Shown here: positions 36,997-50,432 of the stretch, piece after piece
Numbering within the stretch: position 1 is the first letter of the stretch
How the letters are laid out: each line of letters opens with the position of its first letter
Origin: Blasia pusilla
Taxonomy: Eukaryota
Reading direction: 5' to 3'
NCBI GenBank assembly: GCA_050084515.1
Contig: CM114271.1
Location: forward strand, 44,206,001-44,270,000
DNA length: 64,000 nt
Position numbers and translations under genes: made by a program
The notes under the pieces: model-generated
Seen by the model: the letters and a program-made list of their open reading frames with translations, nothing else
Told to the model about the DNA's origin: nothing
Database searches by the model: none

Positions 36997-38088
36997 TTTT
37001 TCCAGAAATGCCTCCGCCTATGTCCACGACGATTCCCTTGATCAGTCGCCTTGCTGATGTCTAGATGGGAGCTCGTCTCGCCTTGATGGTTAGCTCGAAT
37101 CGTCCCAATATTGCTCGGTCGAACCGTCTCGCTCTCGTTCCCTCCTATCGACTCGCGATGTGTCGCCGTGTGAAATGCCCCTTTCGTTTCTTATCAGCTG
37201 CTGTGCTCGAGAGTGAGGAGTGAGGAATGAAGATTGCGAAATGAGAAACCGGAAATGGGCGACTTCTGCCCTGTTTATACTTTTCTAGCCGTTGGGCTGA
37301 CCGTTGGGTCCCGTCGTCCTTTCAACGGCGACGTGCCGAATGTTACGGAAGTCCGGACGTGAAAAATCGCAACCCATCGGAGTCCGACAGGTTGCGCAGC
37401 TCCGCCATCCTGGGTACGTCGCCACGTGCGCGAGCAACCCGTCGGAGCCCAACGGGTTGAGCGCCTCCGTCGTCTTCGGAAAAGAACGCGAGGTACCTGC
37501 GCAACCCGTCGGAGACCGACATATTGCGCGCCTCTGCCATCCTGCAAACGTCGCCACGTGCGCGAGCAACCCGTCGGCGACCGACGGGTTGAGCGCCTCC
37601 GTCGTCTTCAGAAAACAACGCGAGGTACCCGCGCAAGCCGTCGGAGACCGACATGTTGCGCGCCTCCGCCGTGTTTGGGACGGGAACGGGACGTATTTTG
37701 GGCAATCCGTCGGAGACTGTTGGGTTGCACGCTTCCCTCATCAAGGGTTAGGAACGATGGCTTCCCGTGCAAGTCGTCGGAGTCTGGCCTGGTCGCACCA
37801 CAAAGCGACGCCCTTGCGCAACCCGTTGACGGCGACGGGTTGCACGCCTTGCCGTCTTTGGGCTCAAAAGCGAGGCACCGCGAACTCGGGAACAGAGGCG
37901 GTTTGCGCCTCCGGCATCTTTGAGCAAGAAGGAGCGGTATCCGGCAAGTCGTCGGAGAAGCGGACGGGTTGCTCGCCGACAATGTTTAGCGAGCGTGCAA
38001 CCCGTCCAGTATTTGTTTCCTATTCACTATAAATTAAATATTCTCATTCTCATTCTCATTCTCGTCTCCTCTGAGGAATCTTCTTGGA

Positions 38089-41000
38089 ATGGATAATTAT
38101 GTTAAGCTCACTTGTGGCGAGTCATATGGCGGCCCTTCCTCAATCAGAAATCATTCGACTCCAAGCTCGTGAGTCTTTCGTGAGTGATGGATGAAAATTT
38201 TCTGTCATTCGATTTCTTCTTCAATTGGAACCATCTTTGTATCCAAAGATGTTAGGGTGGAAGGTCGGAAGACATAATAGGTGAGACAGTCCAGCCAAAG
38301 TGACCTCAGACCGTAAAGTATGGAATCTCCTACATGCCGTAAATGGTCATCTGAGTTTACGGCCGCCCCTCGAATTCGTCCGTTTCCCAAGTAGACGGTC
38401 TAGAATTTCCTAGTGCTCCGAGCTCTCACGTTTGCAACTCCAAGCTCTGCAGATCCGGCTTCGACTCCAACTTCACACACTCGTAACAATGTTGTTCTTC
38501 CTGAAGAGATTCCGGATGTTATCAACCTCGGCGGATGGCTTCGGACATCAATCGGCCCTGTGTCCGCTTTACTCGTTCTCTTGCGAGTATCGGCAATAGT
38601 TTGCTTTCGTCTCGCTCTTGAAAATGTTCAAGCACATTCTTGTCGACATTTAGCCGCCACCCACATACGATGGTAATTGCATTTTTGAGTTGCCTCCACT
38701 TTCGCTCCTGCTCAAAAGAAGGATGGAGGGCGCTGAAGGGTATGGACAGAAAGTCGATTGTCATCGATGGTGCAAGCTTCAACGGACTAGTGCTTCCATC
38801 CCGGATGGTCCTTGGATTGTCTCCAGCCGCCAATGAGTGGGAGCCTTGGAGTATAGAAGTCCAGCATGCCCGTATCTAGAGCGCAACGGGCGAGTCAATA
38901 CGCCGTAATTCCCCCAAGAATGCAGAAACTCCATACGAGGTGGGTGCCACAATACCGCCGGAGGCCATCGATGTCCTCATTGTCGGGCATCGCCTTCGCG
39001 TTGGAGCGTGTCACGCATACATATTTTCATTGTCCATGACTTGGGCTCCACGCCGAGTATACAAAGGCTGGCGGTTCATGTTGGCTCCCACACTCATCCC
39101 GTGACCAATGCAATTCAAAGACACATCAAGGAGGATGTGGCGAAGAAAGTATCCGAGGTCTTGAAACTCTCCGGGTTCAAAGCCCGGGGTGATCAAACTC
39201 ACAACGGCATCACAAATTTGTGAACAATTGCTTGGAATCCTCGGACGAGGCGAGATCACGGCGGTTGAGGAGAAACAACTCTGGGAAAATCTCGCATTTT
39301 CGCTGATCTGAATGCTTCCGAATTTCTTTGCGTCGAATACGAGTTACGGATGGAAAGACGGCCGAAATGGATGCCATCGCGAGAATCAAGGCCAACTCCA
39401 GATTTCCATTCATTCGAGATGGCGTTCATGGGCCAAGGAGGCGAGGATCCAGGGCCTATGTCTTCAAAATGTCAACCACAGTCCGTCGAGTGGCCTTGAT
39501 CTTATAGATCGAATGAGGGAAGGGAAGATCTTTACTGGAGCTGGGTCAGCTTTGATATTTGCTCTGAGTGCTTTGAACGGATGGTTGCGATGGGTGCTCA
39601 CGTTTATGACCATGTGGAGAAGGGACTCGTAACTATATTTGTGTGTGAAGTAAAGGCGAAGAGCGTTGGCGGTTTGAAGATGTGTTGGTTACTCTTATTG
39701 GAGGTGGTGAAGGGAAAACAAAAGGCCACCTCCGGAAATTTATGGGTTCATGGCGGACAATGCACAACCTGGGTGGATTGCTATCCGGGAAGTGTTCAGG
39801 GTGGAGAGGTTCAACCGGAGAGGGAAAGGTCGGATGCTTTCCATTGGCAATGATGTGACCCGGTACACCAAATCTTGCATCAAGGAGAATAAGAGGACAG
39901 AGCATGTCACTCTACTCCAACGCTGCAAGGACAAAGCAAAACCTTGAAGCAGGCCATGGATTGCCGGGGAAGAACTTCATGGGTGGTGGAGGAAGCATGC
40001 GATTGAGGGGAAGTACAAAGAGTTGTGCTCTTGGTTGAGTTGGTGGATATGACGTATGAGACAATGGGGAAACTTCATGCGGCAGTGAGTTCACTATTTT
40101 GTCTTGTCAAGCTCACGCTGAGAATTGTTTGTAAAGTTGTAGCTCAGGGGTGAAGCGTGGGAATTATATGGATTTCAAACCCAAGAAACCAAGCAAGTCG
40201 TCGGATGCGACGGGTTGCCGAGTGTGCAACCCGACGGAAACCGACGGGTTGCATCCAGATATTTGGTGTCGTCAGTGTGCAACCATTCGGGACCCGACGG
40301 GTCACAGAGTCGTTCATGGGATGCCTCGGCCTTGCAACCCGTCATGTTCCGACGGGTTGCAGTAGGTGGGTTTAAGGTTACAACACGCCGGGACCCGGAC
40401 GGGTTGCGAGTCGTTCATGGGATGCTCGGGCCTGCAACCCGCCTGGTTCCGGCAGTCGCTTATTTCTTTGACTCTGGGTTATTTTCGTTCCCTTCTAACA
40501 TTGCCGTCGTTCGTTGCGAGGGATTGAACGTTCATGAAAATGCCCTCTGCCCCAACACAAGTGGAGCAGAAAGTGTTCATTCCTCTTGGAGGTCGTCACA
40601 AGCATGCCAACGAATTTCACTTGTTGAGGCATGCCAACAAGACCAGGCAAGAGCAATGCTACAGTCTGTAGCATCCCATATCTTCCTCACAAAAGGCATA
40701 ACAAAAGGAAAAGGGCCGTCGATCTACGAGCTCTATGTCAGGGCGGCTGTGAGATCTGGTGATGAAAAATTGTATGTCGAAGCCTTCAACCGGTGCGTAG
40801 CTGGAACTCCACTCGAGCAAGACGTACACATAGGTGGGGATATTTGTGGGCGGGTTTCAAGGCGTCCCATACTGGATGGTGGTAAGCGATCCGAACGAGA
40901 CTCGTGGAGACCAGATAAGTATCTTGACTTCAGGCAGGTGAAGAGGCAGCATCGAGGAACAAATCCGGTGATTGATTTGGATGAGAAAATTACACCGCCC

Positions 41001-42008
41001 AAGTATTCGGGGACCCCGGACCCGTCCCAAATCCGTGATGGAGTTACTTCTCCAAAATCAGTGAATGTTTTATTTCAAAAGCCCTCCGTTGCTGGAAGTT
41101 CGCAACATCCCACATCCCAGGGTGGTTCAACAATATGGGATTCCGGTAATGGAGGTGGATTGCAACCTAAAACGATGGCATATATCTTGGAGCAACCCAG
41201 GACGTGGAACCACTTGCAGGGCAGAATCTGATGGCATTAGGAGAGCATGCGGCACTTTCCTAAATAAGAACCGTACAAGGACCGGACGACCCTTTGCCTG
41301 GGTTTTGGGGACTCAAAACCTTTGATCGTTTCACGAGGACCAGGGATCAATTGAAGTACTTCTTCGCCCAAATGAGTCTTGCGCTTTCGGAAGTCTTATC
41401 CAGTGCCATTGGAGCTCAGGAATACCCCACGATTTGGCCCATTGCCGCAGCACGAATCGCACTCAAGCAAGTGGACAATCTTACAAGTTTGGTTTTGATT
41501 CAGAGCGGGGAAGTTCGGAGCATGTTAGATTCTGAGACCTTCGCATTTTGTATTCAACCCAAGATTGATGTCAACATGTACCCGGAGAAGGTGGATGATC
41601 TCAATCCATTATTTTTGTTTGAGTCTAGAAATGGGGTGAAGAGAAACAGAATGTGTAGGCCAACGGTGGAGAGAGCAAAACGAATTGCAGTAGCTCGGGA
41701 GGCAAAAATGGAGATCATCGCCAGGAAAGATGTCTTGAGTGGCAATAGAATAGGAAGGATGTATTGGGTCAGGAACAACACTGTAAATTCAAGTGTCACA
41801 GGGGTGTATGTGGTGCACATCTGTTGCTTTCCCACATGTTCATGTGATGACTTTGTCCAAAGAGAGACAAGTGGCAAAAGGTATTTCCCTTGTAAGCACA
41901 TGTATTATGTGTTCTTTGGTAGTTTTAAGAGAGTCGGAGGTAGGAGTAGGAATCCACCAACCAGTGTCCCTCAAAGAAGTTCAAAGTATTTTAAACAAAC
42001 CACTTTGA
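38089..42008 (+). pseudogene. MULE transposase, copy C, many frameshifts
   Basis: Fragments MADNAQPGWIAIREVF, ERSDAFHWQ, PNTSGAESVHSSW and the SWIM finger. Confidence 0.85.
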
Positions 42009-42445
42009 GGATGCAAAATGAAGTTTAAGATTGTACTTTTATTTTTTTCTCAACCTTCACTGTGAGCTTGAACTCTATTCAGCCCGGGGCAAATGATAGA
42101 TTTTTTCCAGACCTTGGATGGAAAAAGTGATTGGTTCCACACTTATGATTCCACTGATTTCTCAGTTTTGTAAATTTTGTGCAATTTGCAACTCGTCGGA
42201 CTCAAAGGGGTTGCCAAAATGTGGAAGAGGAAAGAAAAACTGTGGGATTGTTTAATAAATGAACAAAAAAGTGCAAAAAAATTCACACAAAAAGTTTCCT
42301 CTCTTCAACCCAACGGAAACTCTCTTCAAAAAAAAGTATCTATTTCGGTTAAAGGTAGTTTCCTCTCTCCTCTCTCCTCTCTCCTCTCTCCTCTCTTCCT
42401 CTCTTCCTCTCCTCTTACCGCACCTCCCCCAGAAGACAAACACAA

Positions 42446-42807
42446 TGTGAGAAAACAGAAAGTAACGAAATCACTGAAATCTTTACAAAACTTAGAGATA
42501 CAAAGTGGCCTAGTCCGTCCGTGCGCTCATAGAAGAGCTTCGATGGAACCTGAACATGGAGATAACTCGACATACGAGACTATTTCACTACTCGGGAAAC
42601 TAGGGTTTTTTATCTATTTTTCTTCGTTTCTATTAATAGAATTTTTTGGTTATATAATCCTAGTAACGCTACTCGAGAAATCTCCTACGTCATATTACTA
42701 TGACTCCTTCGACATCTAAGTCAGAACCATCAATCTAGGCTTCTCCTCATACAAGGGGGCCGATTAGATTAATGGTGCTCAAAGAAGTGGATGTTGAGAA
42801 TCCAACA
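42446..42807. mobile_element. Solo LTR (TG...CA), shorter copy
   Basis: TGTGAGAAAAC...AATCCAACA, homologous to 46721-47164. Flanks are CACAA on the left and CACACAA on the right (imperfect 5-bp TSD). Confidence 0.7.
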
Positions 42808-43766
42808 CACACAAATAGGTCTTGATCGATTACAAAAGGTTGAATCTTGCATCTTTCAAATAAGACCCACATTCCTTCACTAGTTTACATCATAAAGTTT
42901 TAGGGCATGTCAATCTTGGAGATCCAATCTAAGGATCACTGTCATACTATTCGAATGCATTCCTATGTCAACCAGATGTAATATTACAACCATGCCTCTT
43001 ATGAATATGCTTTTTAAGTATCGGAGAAAAAGGCTCAAGGATTTTCATGATATGAGGAATCATCCATTTACGCAGTCCATGACACTCAAGACTTTCACTG
43101 GGTATCAAGGTTCCAACTTTGGGCTTAAGGTCTTAGTGACTATTTTGGGAGACACAATTTTGGCTATGGATTGTACAAAACACTGAACATTAGAGCATTT
43201 GATATCGGGCCACTAACTCTCTATCTTTGAAATTGGGAGACCAAATCAATTTGTTCTTCCAAATGGAACTAACACACATTGATTCACTCATATCCACCAC
43301 ATCTGCAGCCCATTCTCAAACTCTAAATGTAATTAAGTCTATTTTGAGTTCTAAATCCTTTCTTCCTTGACCTCCAAAGTGCAGACTATACTCATTTAAG
43401 TAGTGCCTATTGTAGCCTTGCAACGATAGACCCCACAAAGTGCAGAAGAAAAGATAGAGTAAAGCTATGGTGAAAACCATCTAAGAATGAGTCAACATTT
43501 GAAGCCTATATGGCCTGAAAAACTATGGCATTCCTTTAGTAAGTTGTCATGCTCAACAATAGGGATAGCGTGGAAAGATCAAATCAAATCAAATTCACAG
43601 ATAGTGGAGTCACTTAGGATGATGGTGAATCCAAAACGTAGATTTTAAATCATATGAGATGATCCCGTAGAAAGATCATTGGCAAAAAAGTATCTCGGCA
43701 GATGATCTTACTACAAAGCAACTTCTACTATTTGAAATTCTAAAACAAATGTCATCTGGGATAGTC

Positions 43767-44886
43767 ATGATTACAGGACCACCTAGCTGTGGAAAGACAT
43801 TCTGCATTCACTTCATACAAAGCTATTGGGAAAACCTTCCACTTCCTTGCTTGCTAACTCCCACTACCAGAATTTTTATTGTTTGATTGCACAGTACTGC
43901 AACCACTATTCATTCAGCTTTTGGTATGCCCATAAAGGGTGACCTATCGTCTATGCATGCGGCATCCAACCAGTATTGTAAGCTAAAGGAAGCAAGAATA
44001 GTCATTATTGAGGAATGCTTGATGCTCACACCCCGTCTACTGCAGATCATTGCAATGAGATTGTACCAAGTGATGCCTTCAACTGACCTGAATCCCTTCT
44101 CAAATAAATTAGTTATATTGGTTGGAGACCTATGTCGATTATCTCCTGTATGCCGACATAAGTGTGACACCCTTTTTTTATTATGTCATATATTGTCATC
44201 ACCATTCTATGCTACTATGACAAAATATCATCTCTCTATAGGAATAAGGCATAGTGTAGGTCCTATGTTTTTACAAATTCTACATTTTATACATACAGCA
44301 ACACCAACTCAATGTGACATCAATAGAGTACTTGGTGATTGCTTTACAGATGAGAATAACGCCATTGATTTCTAAGATGACAGTACTCAAGTCATCTGCT
44401 CCCATCGTATCGATGTTCAGCTTTTTAATGTTATTATGCTTAAGAGGTTGTATGGTAGTGCAAATATAATTCCTATTTACATTTCAACAGATACACCTAC
44501 TGAAGTAGATCTACAGCCGATGATACCTTCCATCAAATTCAGTTCTTGGCATTTGGTTGTAGGATATTACTACCCTCCAATATTGATATTGTGAACGCAA
44601 CAGTTAACGGTGCATATGCTACTATACTTGAATGCATCTACGTTGCCCAGCAGTTGAAAACCATTGTTGTTAGGCTCCACTCTAACAATAAACTAATTCA
44701 GGCATCAAGGACAAATTTTGCTCGTTATGATGCACAAACAAGATATCATAAGAGCACATTCCTTATTGTTTTGGGGTATGCCATGATTGCTCATAAGAGC
44801 CAAGGTCTCATAGTGCATGGGAAATGTATGCTTGTTCTTAAGACAACATTTGCACCATGACTTATGTACGTAATGTTGTCGAGGTT
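43767..44886 (+). pseudogene. PIF1-family helicase relic (possibly Helitron-derived)
   Basis: MITGPPSCGKT (Walker A), TTIHSAF, IVIIEECLM (Walker B-like), VILVGDLCRLSPV, YAMIAHKSQG and MYVMLSR, with stops and a frameshift. Confidence 0.85.
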
Positions 44887-46720
44887 AAAAAAAAAAAAGC
44901 ATTTTTGCATTCAAGGCCCTTTACTGCCTTTTGACTTTATTGTGTTTGGGCAAAATCCTTGATTCATTTTCATGTTCATGTTGTCTAAACATTCATGTCT
45001 CATTTAGCATGGCTACAAGCAACGGTTCTGTAAGGGGTCGTGGCAGTAGATGTGCAACACCAGCCACATCACTTCTCCCAGCTGACAAAACTTCATCTGC
45101 AATTCCAACTCCGTGTGCCACAACAATTGTACTTAGCAATAGCCGTTCTCTTGAGCATCAACCTCAACCCACAACTCCAACTATTGCCATGTACAACAAT
45201 AACCATGGGACTGCCTCTAACAATCAAGTTTGTATATTTGCTCATTTTCTCCTCCAGAATCCACTCCCTATTAAGATATTTTGACAAAAATGTTCTCTAG
45301 TGCCCTGGTCGTACGTCAACTTTGCAAAGATAATATTGAATAACATTCCTGATATCTAGACCGATAGTGCGAAACAAATTGTACCGCTAACGGACACGCA
45401 AATCAAGTATGCAAAGAGCTAAGGCCTAAATCATACACACTGGCAACTCAAATATGCAAATATCTTAGGCCTAAATCATACACACTGGGGAGGAACATCA
45501 CAAGCTGGCAGATGAGTGGTTTACTTGATCAAAGGAAATCATGGGCCACTTCAGTCAGGGAATTGAAGAACAAACCACCCGCGACAGGTTTTGCTTACCA
45601 CATTTAACTATTTCAGTTTTTCATCTGCTCTTCCCTTTTTGCTGGTGTGCTCATGCATTCTACATTCCCTTTTTGTATTTTCCAAGCCTATTGCAAGATT
45701 TTTGTTCGAAGCGACATTAACAATTATCCACTCTTTCCATGACCACCTCGCAACGAGTGAATCAAGTAACAATACTCTACACAAAGTGATGTCATACGTC
45801 ATAGATGAGCATGGCTAGAACTTAGCTACGGTACTCATTCTCTAGGACCATCTTACTGATTTATACTTAGCATTGAAAGCTCTTCACCATTATTATGTTG
45901 ACGCTTATCCAACAGATGCGGAGCTCGCTGCTCATTTGTGTGATGTGACCAATTTATATCCCCATGAGTAGTTCCGATGCTTACATATTGCTGCATAGCA
46001 CATATCACTCAATTTTAAATTTCTGTGCTTGATCAATGCATTATTTTGTATCCTCTTTTCTACTGTCTACTTGTTATGTTCATTTTTGGCTCATATCTCT
46101 GTATGCTTCATTCTCAGTAGTCAATCTCAGGCAAGTCGCATTTTAGCTGGATTAGGTGGGTACTATATCAGTCAGCCATCTAAATCAGTGAACATATATT
46201 TTTGTTCACTATGCTGTTGTATTCTTGCAACAATACTTGAAAATATATTTTGCAAACAAGCTTGCATTTCTTTCATGTTTGATCAGTGATGTGTTCCATG
46301 ATATTGTACTTAGTGCTTCTCATTAGTTATAGCATGTCCTTCCAGACTTGTAACTGAAATAATTGATCATCTAAAAATTCCAATCATAGTTTAGATACTT
46401 ATAGACATTTTTTAGATATTCCAGTTGTTTCATATTAATGTTTGGGAGTGCACTAATTTATTCACTTGTCCAATAGAATGGTTTGGCTGTGCTGCCTACG
46501 CCGGTTCCACAGATCTGCTCCTGTAAGCAATTCATTTTATGTGATACACCCGTCGGTTCACAAAACTCTTGCATTAGTTCACTTTTGAAAAGCTTTATAC
46601 CATACTTTCCCATTCCTCTTAATCCATTTCCTTCCATGTATCTAACGGTTGCAACGCGCCTAGCACTGAACAATTCAAAGTTTCCGATCTCAGTTCTACG
46701 CTTTATAGAACTCAGCTATA

Positions 46721-47164
46721 TGTGAGAAAACAAAAAGTGACGAAATCACTGAAATCTTTACAAAACTTAGAGATACAAAGTGGCCTAGTCCATCCGTGTG
46801 CTCACAGAGGAGCTTCGATGAAACCTGAACATGGAGATAACTCGATATACGAGAATGCGCTACCGCTGCGGCTCCCAATTATTTGACTACTCGGGAAAAC
46901 TAGGATTTTTACCTATTTTTCTTCATTTCTATTAATAGAAAAATTTTGAAGCGCATTCTGACCCTATATTGCATCAGGGTGCCCCGCACCCTGATGCAAT
47001 ATAGGGTTAGATAAACCTAGTAACGCTACTCCTAAAACCACCTACATCATATTACTATGACTCCTTCGACGTCTAAGTCGGAACTATCAATCTAGGCTTC
47101 TCCTTATACAAGGGGGCCGATCAGATTAATGGTGCTTAGAGAAGTGGATGTTGAGAATCCAACA
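46721..47164. mobile_element. Solo LTR (444 bp, TG...CA)
   Basis: Exact 5-bp TSD CTATA at 46716-46720 and 47165-47169. Confidence 0.85.
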
Positions 47165-50100
47165 CTATAGACTATTCAAGGATGCTTATTGAAGTATTCA
47201 ATTTTTGACTGTAGGTTCTCCTCTTTAATAATCTTTCAACAGTACTCTATAACTGTGTACTAAGAATAATCTTTGAAATAAATTCTTCACACTTTATTAG
47301 TTTTCAATCCCCGGGTAATTGACAAAATATTTTACGCAAAAATTTAGAACCGCATATCAAACTTTGCACCATCTTCAGGAAACTCCATCCTCCAATTAGT
47401 GTACAAACACTCATTCTTCTCTTCACCCGATCCTACTTCATCCAAGTTTGATTCCGCCTAGGAACATAATCCGAATTAAATTAGGTTGGTTTGAAAAACA
47501 TGAAAAAAGCATAAGAACCAAGAACAACAACATACGCAGTCCATAGTTGTGCATTTAATTCGTACCATTGACAAATGACCATAGGAAAGCGCTACATTGG
47601 GAGAGCTCGACTCGAACAACATTAGGAGAATAGTGCCACCACGTACAACCCTAAATCGTTTTGAACGTACATTATCCAATGAATCCTGTTACGAACGTTG
47701 TAGTTATAGAATAGTTACCATGTAGCCGCAAACGTCATTCAAGACGGTCGCATTCACAATAATCGACCAATCAAGTTATTCATAAACAGACTGGGACGGC
47801 AATCTTGTTTACTACACTATATACATGTGGGGCACACATTGTCTTGCATGAATCGTGTTCGAAAGAAACAATATGTTATTGCTCAGATATTTAAATCCCT
47901 TTCATGGCCTCTAGTTGGAAATCACCAAAATTCAATCATCCCCGAACCGACTAAGAATGCTACTTCACTTTTTGTCCTCCAACTATGTTTGCATGTTCTT
48001 TTCAAGGCCGCAAACTTGCATGCTACGTGCATAAACTACAAAGTGGCATTAGAATTTCCTTATATGTCATAACCAAGCCCAAAAACATATGATTGTGGAT
48101 TTTGAAAAGCATTATTGAAGGTATCTTTGAACATCAAGCAAACGTAAGACCTCGAAAACATGGAATAATACATATTTTGTCATCATTTTCATTCATAGAA
48201 GTGTGTATAGGTCACGAGGGCGGAGAGTCATTTGAGATAATAGAAACACCCATATATGTTTCAATTCCAATGGATTCATGGAATAGATAGTTGATCCATA
48301 ATTGTATGGAGGATGAAAGGACAATGAGAAAAGTATGGATTAAGGGAGAGTATGATGAAAGGATGGATAGAAGAAGTATTTTGACGATTAGTCCATACTA
48401 TGAAAGTCATATGGTAGCAATGGAAATGTGACTAATTTATTCATTCACCTTTCTTTTTCTTTGATAAAAAACCATGTTGGTTGTTCCATTCCTTTGCTTG
48501 ATATCATTTGGCTTTTGTGTTTCTACAAGTAGTTAGTCATTTTTAGTTTTAGATTGTGATCTATGACTTATATGAATCGATGATTTCTTCCACTCGTTGT
48601 TCTCATGAGACCTCGGGGGGGGGGGGATGGGTGAAGACTTCAACCAACCTATGGGAAAGGCGATTGGCTCCACTTTGGTTGACAAAAAAACTCACAATAT
48701 CAAGCAACATAATGATTTTACCCTCTTTTGGCGCTTTTCCTCCAAAAGGTATGGCTTGGTGTCAATGTACTCATTTTTTTTTCCGTCTCTTCTATTAGTT
48801 GCTTAAGCTTAGCCTCTAACATGCATCCACCCTTCTCCACCTTGAAGATTCCTTTCATAATGATTTTCTTGTGGAGAGAACCTTATCTATATCTCCATCT
48901 TGGCTCGAGTCTTAGCTTCCCCAATTGGATGGGGCATAATCTTTTGCAATAGCCAAATGATTGTTATTGAATCTTCTTGTCATATTTATTATTTAGAAGT
49001 GGATGCATGAGTAAGAGATGGAGGTATTGCAGGAGAGGATTCTTACCAAGTTGGATAAAATATCATGTCCATATTCTCCGAAATGGTATGTCTCTTGCAA
49101 CCTTTTACAAGTACATGCTCCATGGATAGAAAACTCCCCATACTTCACATATTGTAACAGATCTTATCGTGAACCTTGTGCACTATCACTACCTTCCTAC
49201 ATATGAAAGTGTTTTACCAATGCATCTTTTCAAAAAAAATTTGTAGACTTATTATAACTTTTCTCTCGTAGTTTCTGATGCTTGTGCTAACATATAGACA
49301 CTTAAGTGTGGTGAAACTCTTCCAACAAGTTCTTATTTTTTGTCCTTGGGAGGTCATGAATTGAAATGACCTAAGAGAGATATTATTTGATATAGGATTT
49401 TCTCATTTGTGACGATCTTCATGATGTAAGGTGGTTATTTGGTTGTTATAAACACTCTTGTATGAGAATACATACCCATGGAAGAAAGTTCCTATTCCAT
49501 AAGAAAAAAAATTTGAAAATTTTCATTTGTTACATCATATTTGATGAGATAAGTTTCAAGCTTTCCTCTCTTTCTTTTTCCAAACAATGTTTTAGTGTTT
49601 GTAATTTCTTATAATATCTAGGTATTGTACTACATACGATCTATTGTTTCCAAGCCAGTGGATGGTTTCTCTCCAATTCTATAATCCTTCTTGCGTTTTA
49701 ATGCATCTAGGCATATGGACCTTAGAAATGCTCTCACACCAAGAGAGATTATATTCTTAAATGCCAGATCTTCAAATTCCCAAACTATAACAAAGCAATG
49801 TCGAGTCTCATTATTTTCCTTTATGGATGTCACCCTCATTTAATACATTATTTGTGTAATCATTTCAATGTTGATACTATACACTTCATTAATATTTCAT
49901 AAAGAGAGATTTATTTTTAAATGTCGAGAAGAGAGAAGAACAAAATTTACATGAATTTTCTTGAAGGATTTTAATATTTTTTTAACAATAAGGGGGAACG
50001 ATTTTTTCTACAGTCCCTAATAACTGAATTAGAACTTTCAACCAAAATCGAGCTTCTTAAGATACCATAAGGTGTGACCGACTTCACTGGACATCTCATC

Positions 50101-50313
50101 TTTTGATTGAATATCGTTACATAAGAAAATTTAAGTAAATAGATTTAGGGCTTCTCTAATCTTGTCTTTAAAAATTAAATCTCATGTGGGTGCTCCTATT
50201 TATGCGCACATACATCTTTATCATCGAACATACACATAAACACGCACGATCCTATGCTAACTCATAGCATCCAAACATCGAGACGAGAAGTACCAAAATA
50301 TCTCCAATCAAGT

Positions 50314-50432
<119 letters not shown>

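Larger units (their letters stand above)
19590..42426. mobile_element. Composite 22.8-kb MULE dimer (copy B with internal inversion + copy C)
   Basis: One 10-bp TSD, CCCCAGAAGA, at 19580-19589 and 42427-42436 flanks a left end at 19590 and a right end at 42426. Confidence 0.9.
31612..42426 (+). mobile_element. MULE copy C, with a clipped left end, a foreign filler and internal deletions
   Basis: Begins TATTCTGGTAGGAGAGAGTAAG (left end missing its first ~8 bp). Collinear with copy A except a filler at ~31966-32606 and deletions at ~35450 and ~38008. Confidence 0.9.

Noticed and set aside
21735-42426. Dense frameshifts as programmed recoding or proof of great age
   Set aside because: Indels differ between copies while TSDs are perfect. 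Unpolished long-read error is as plausible as decay and cannot be resolved without reads.
42446-47164. A single LTR retrotransposon carrying a PIF1 helicase between two LTRs
   Set aside because: The right LTR has its own exact TSD (CTATA) and the left a separate imperfect one. The outer flanks do not match, and no PBS, gag or pol was seen.
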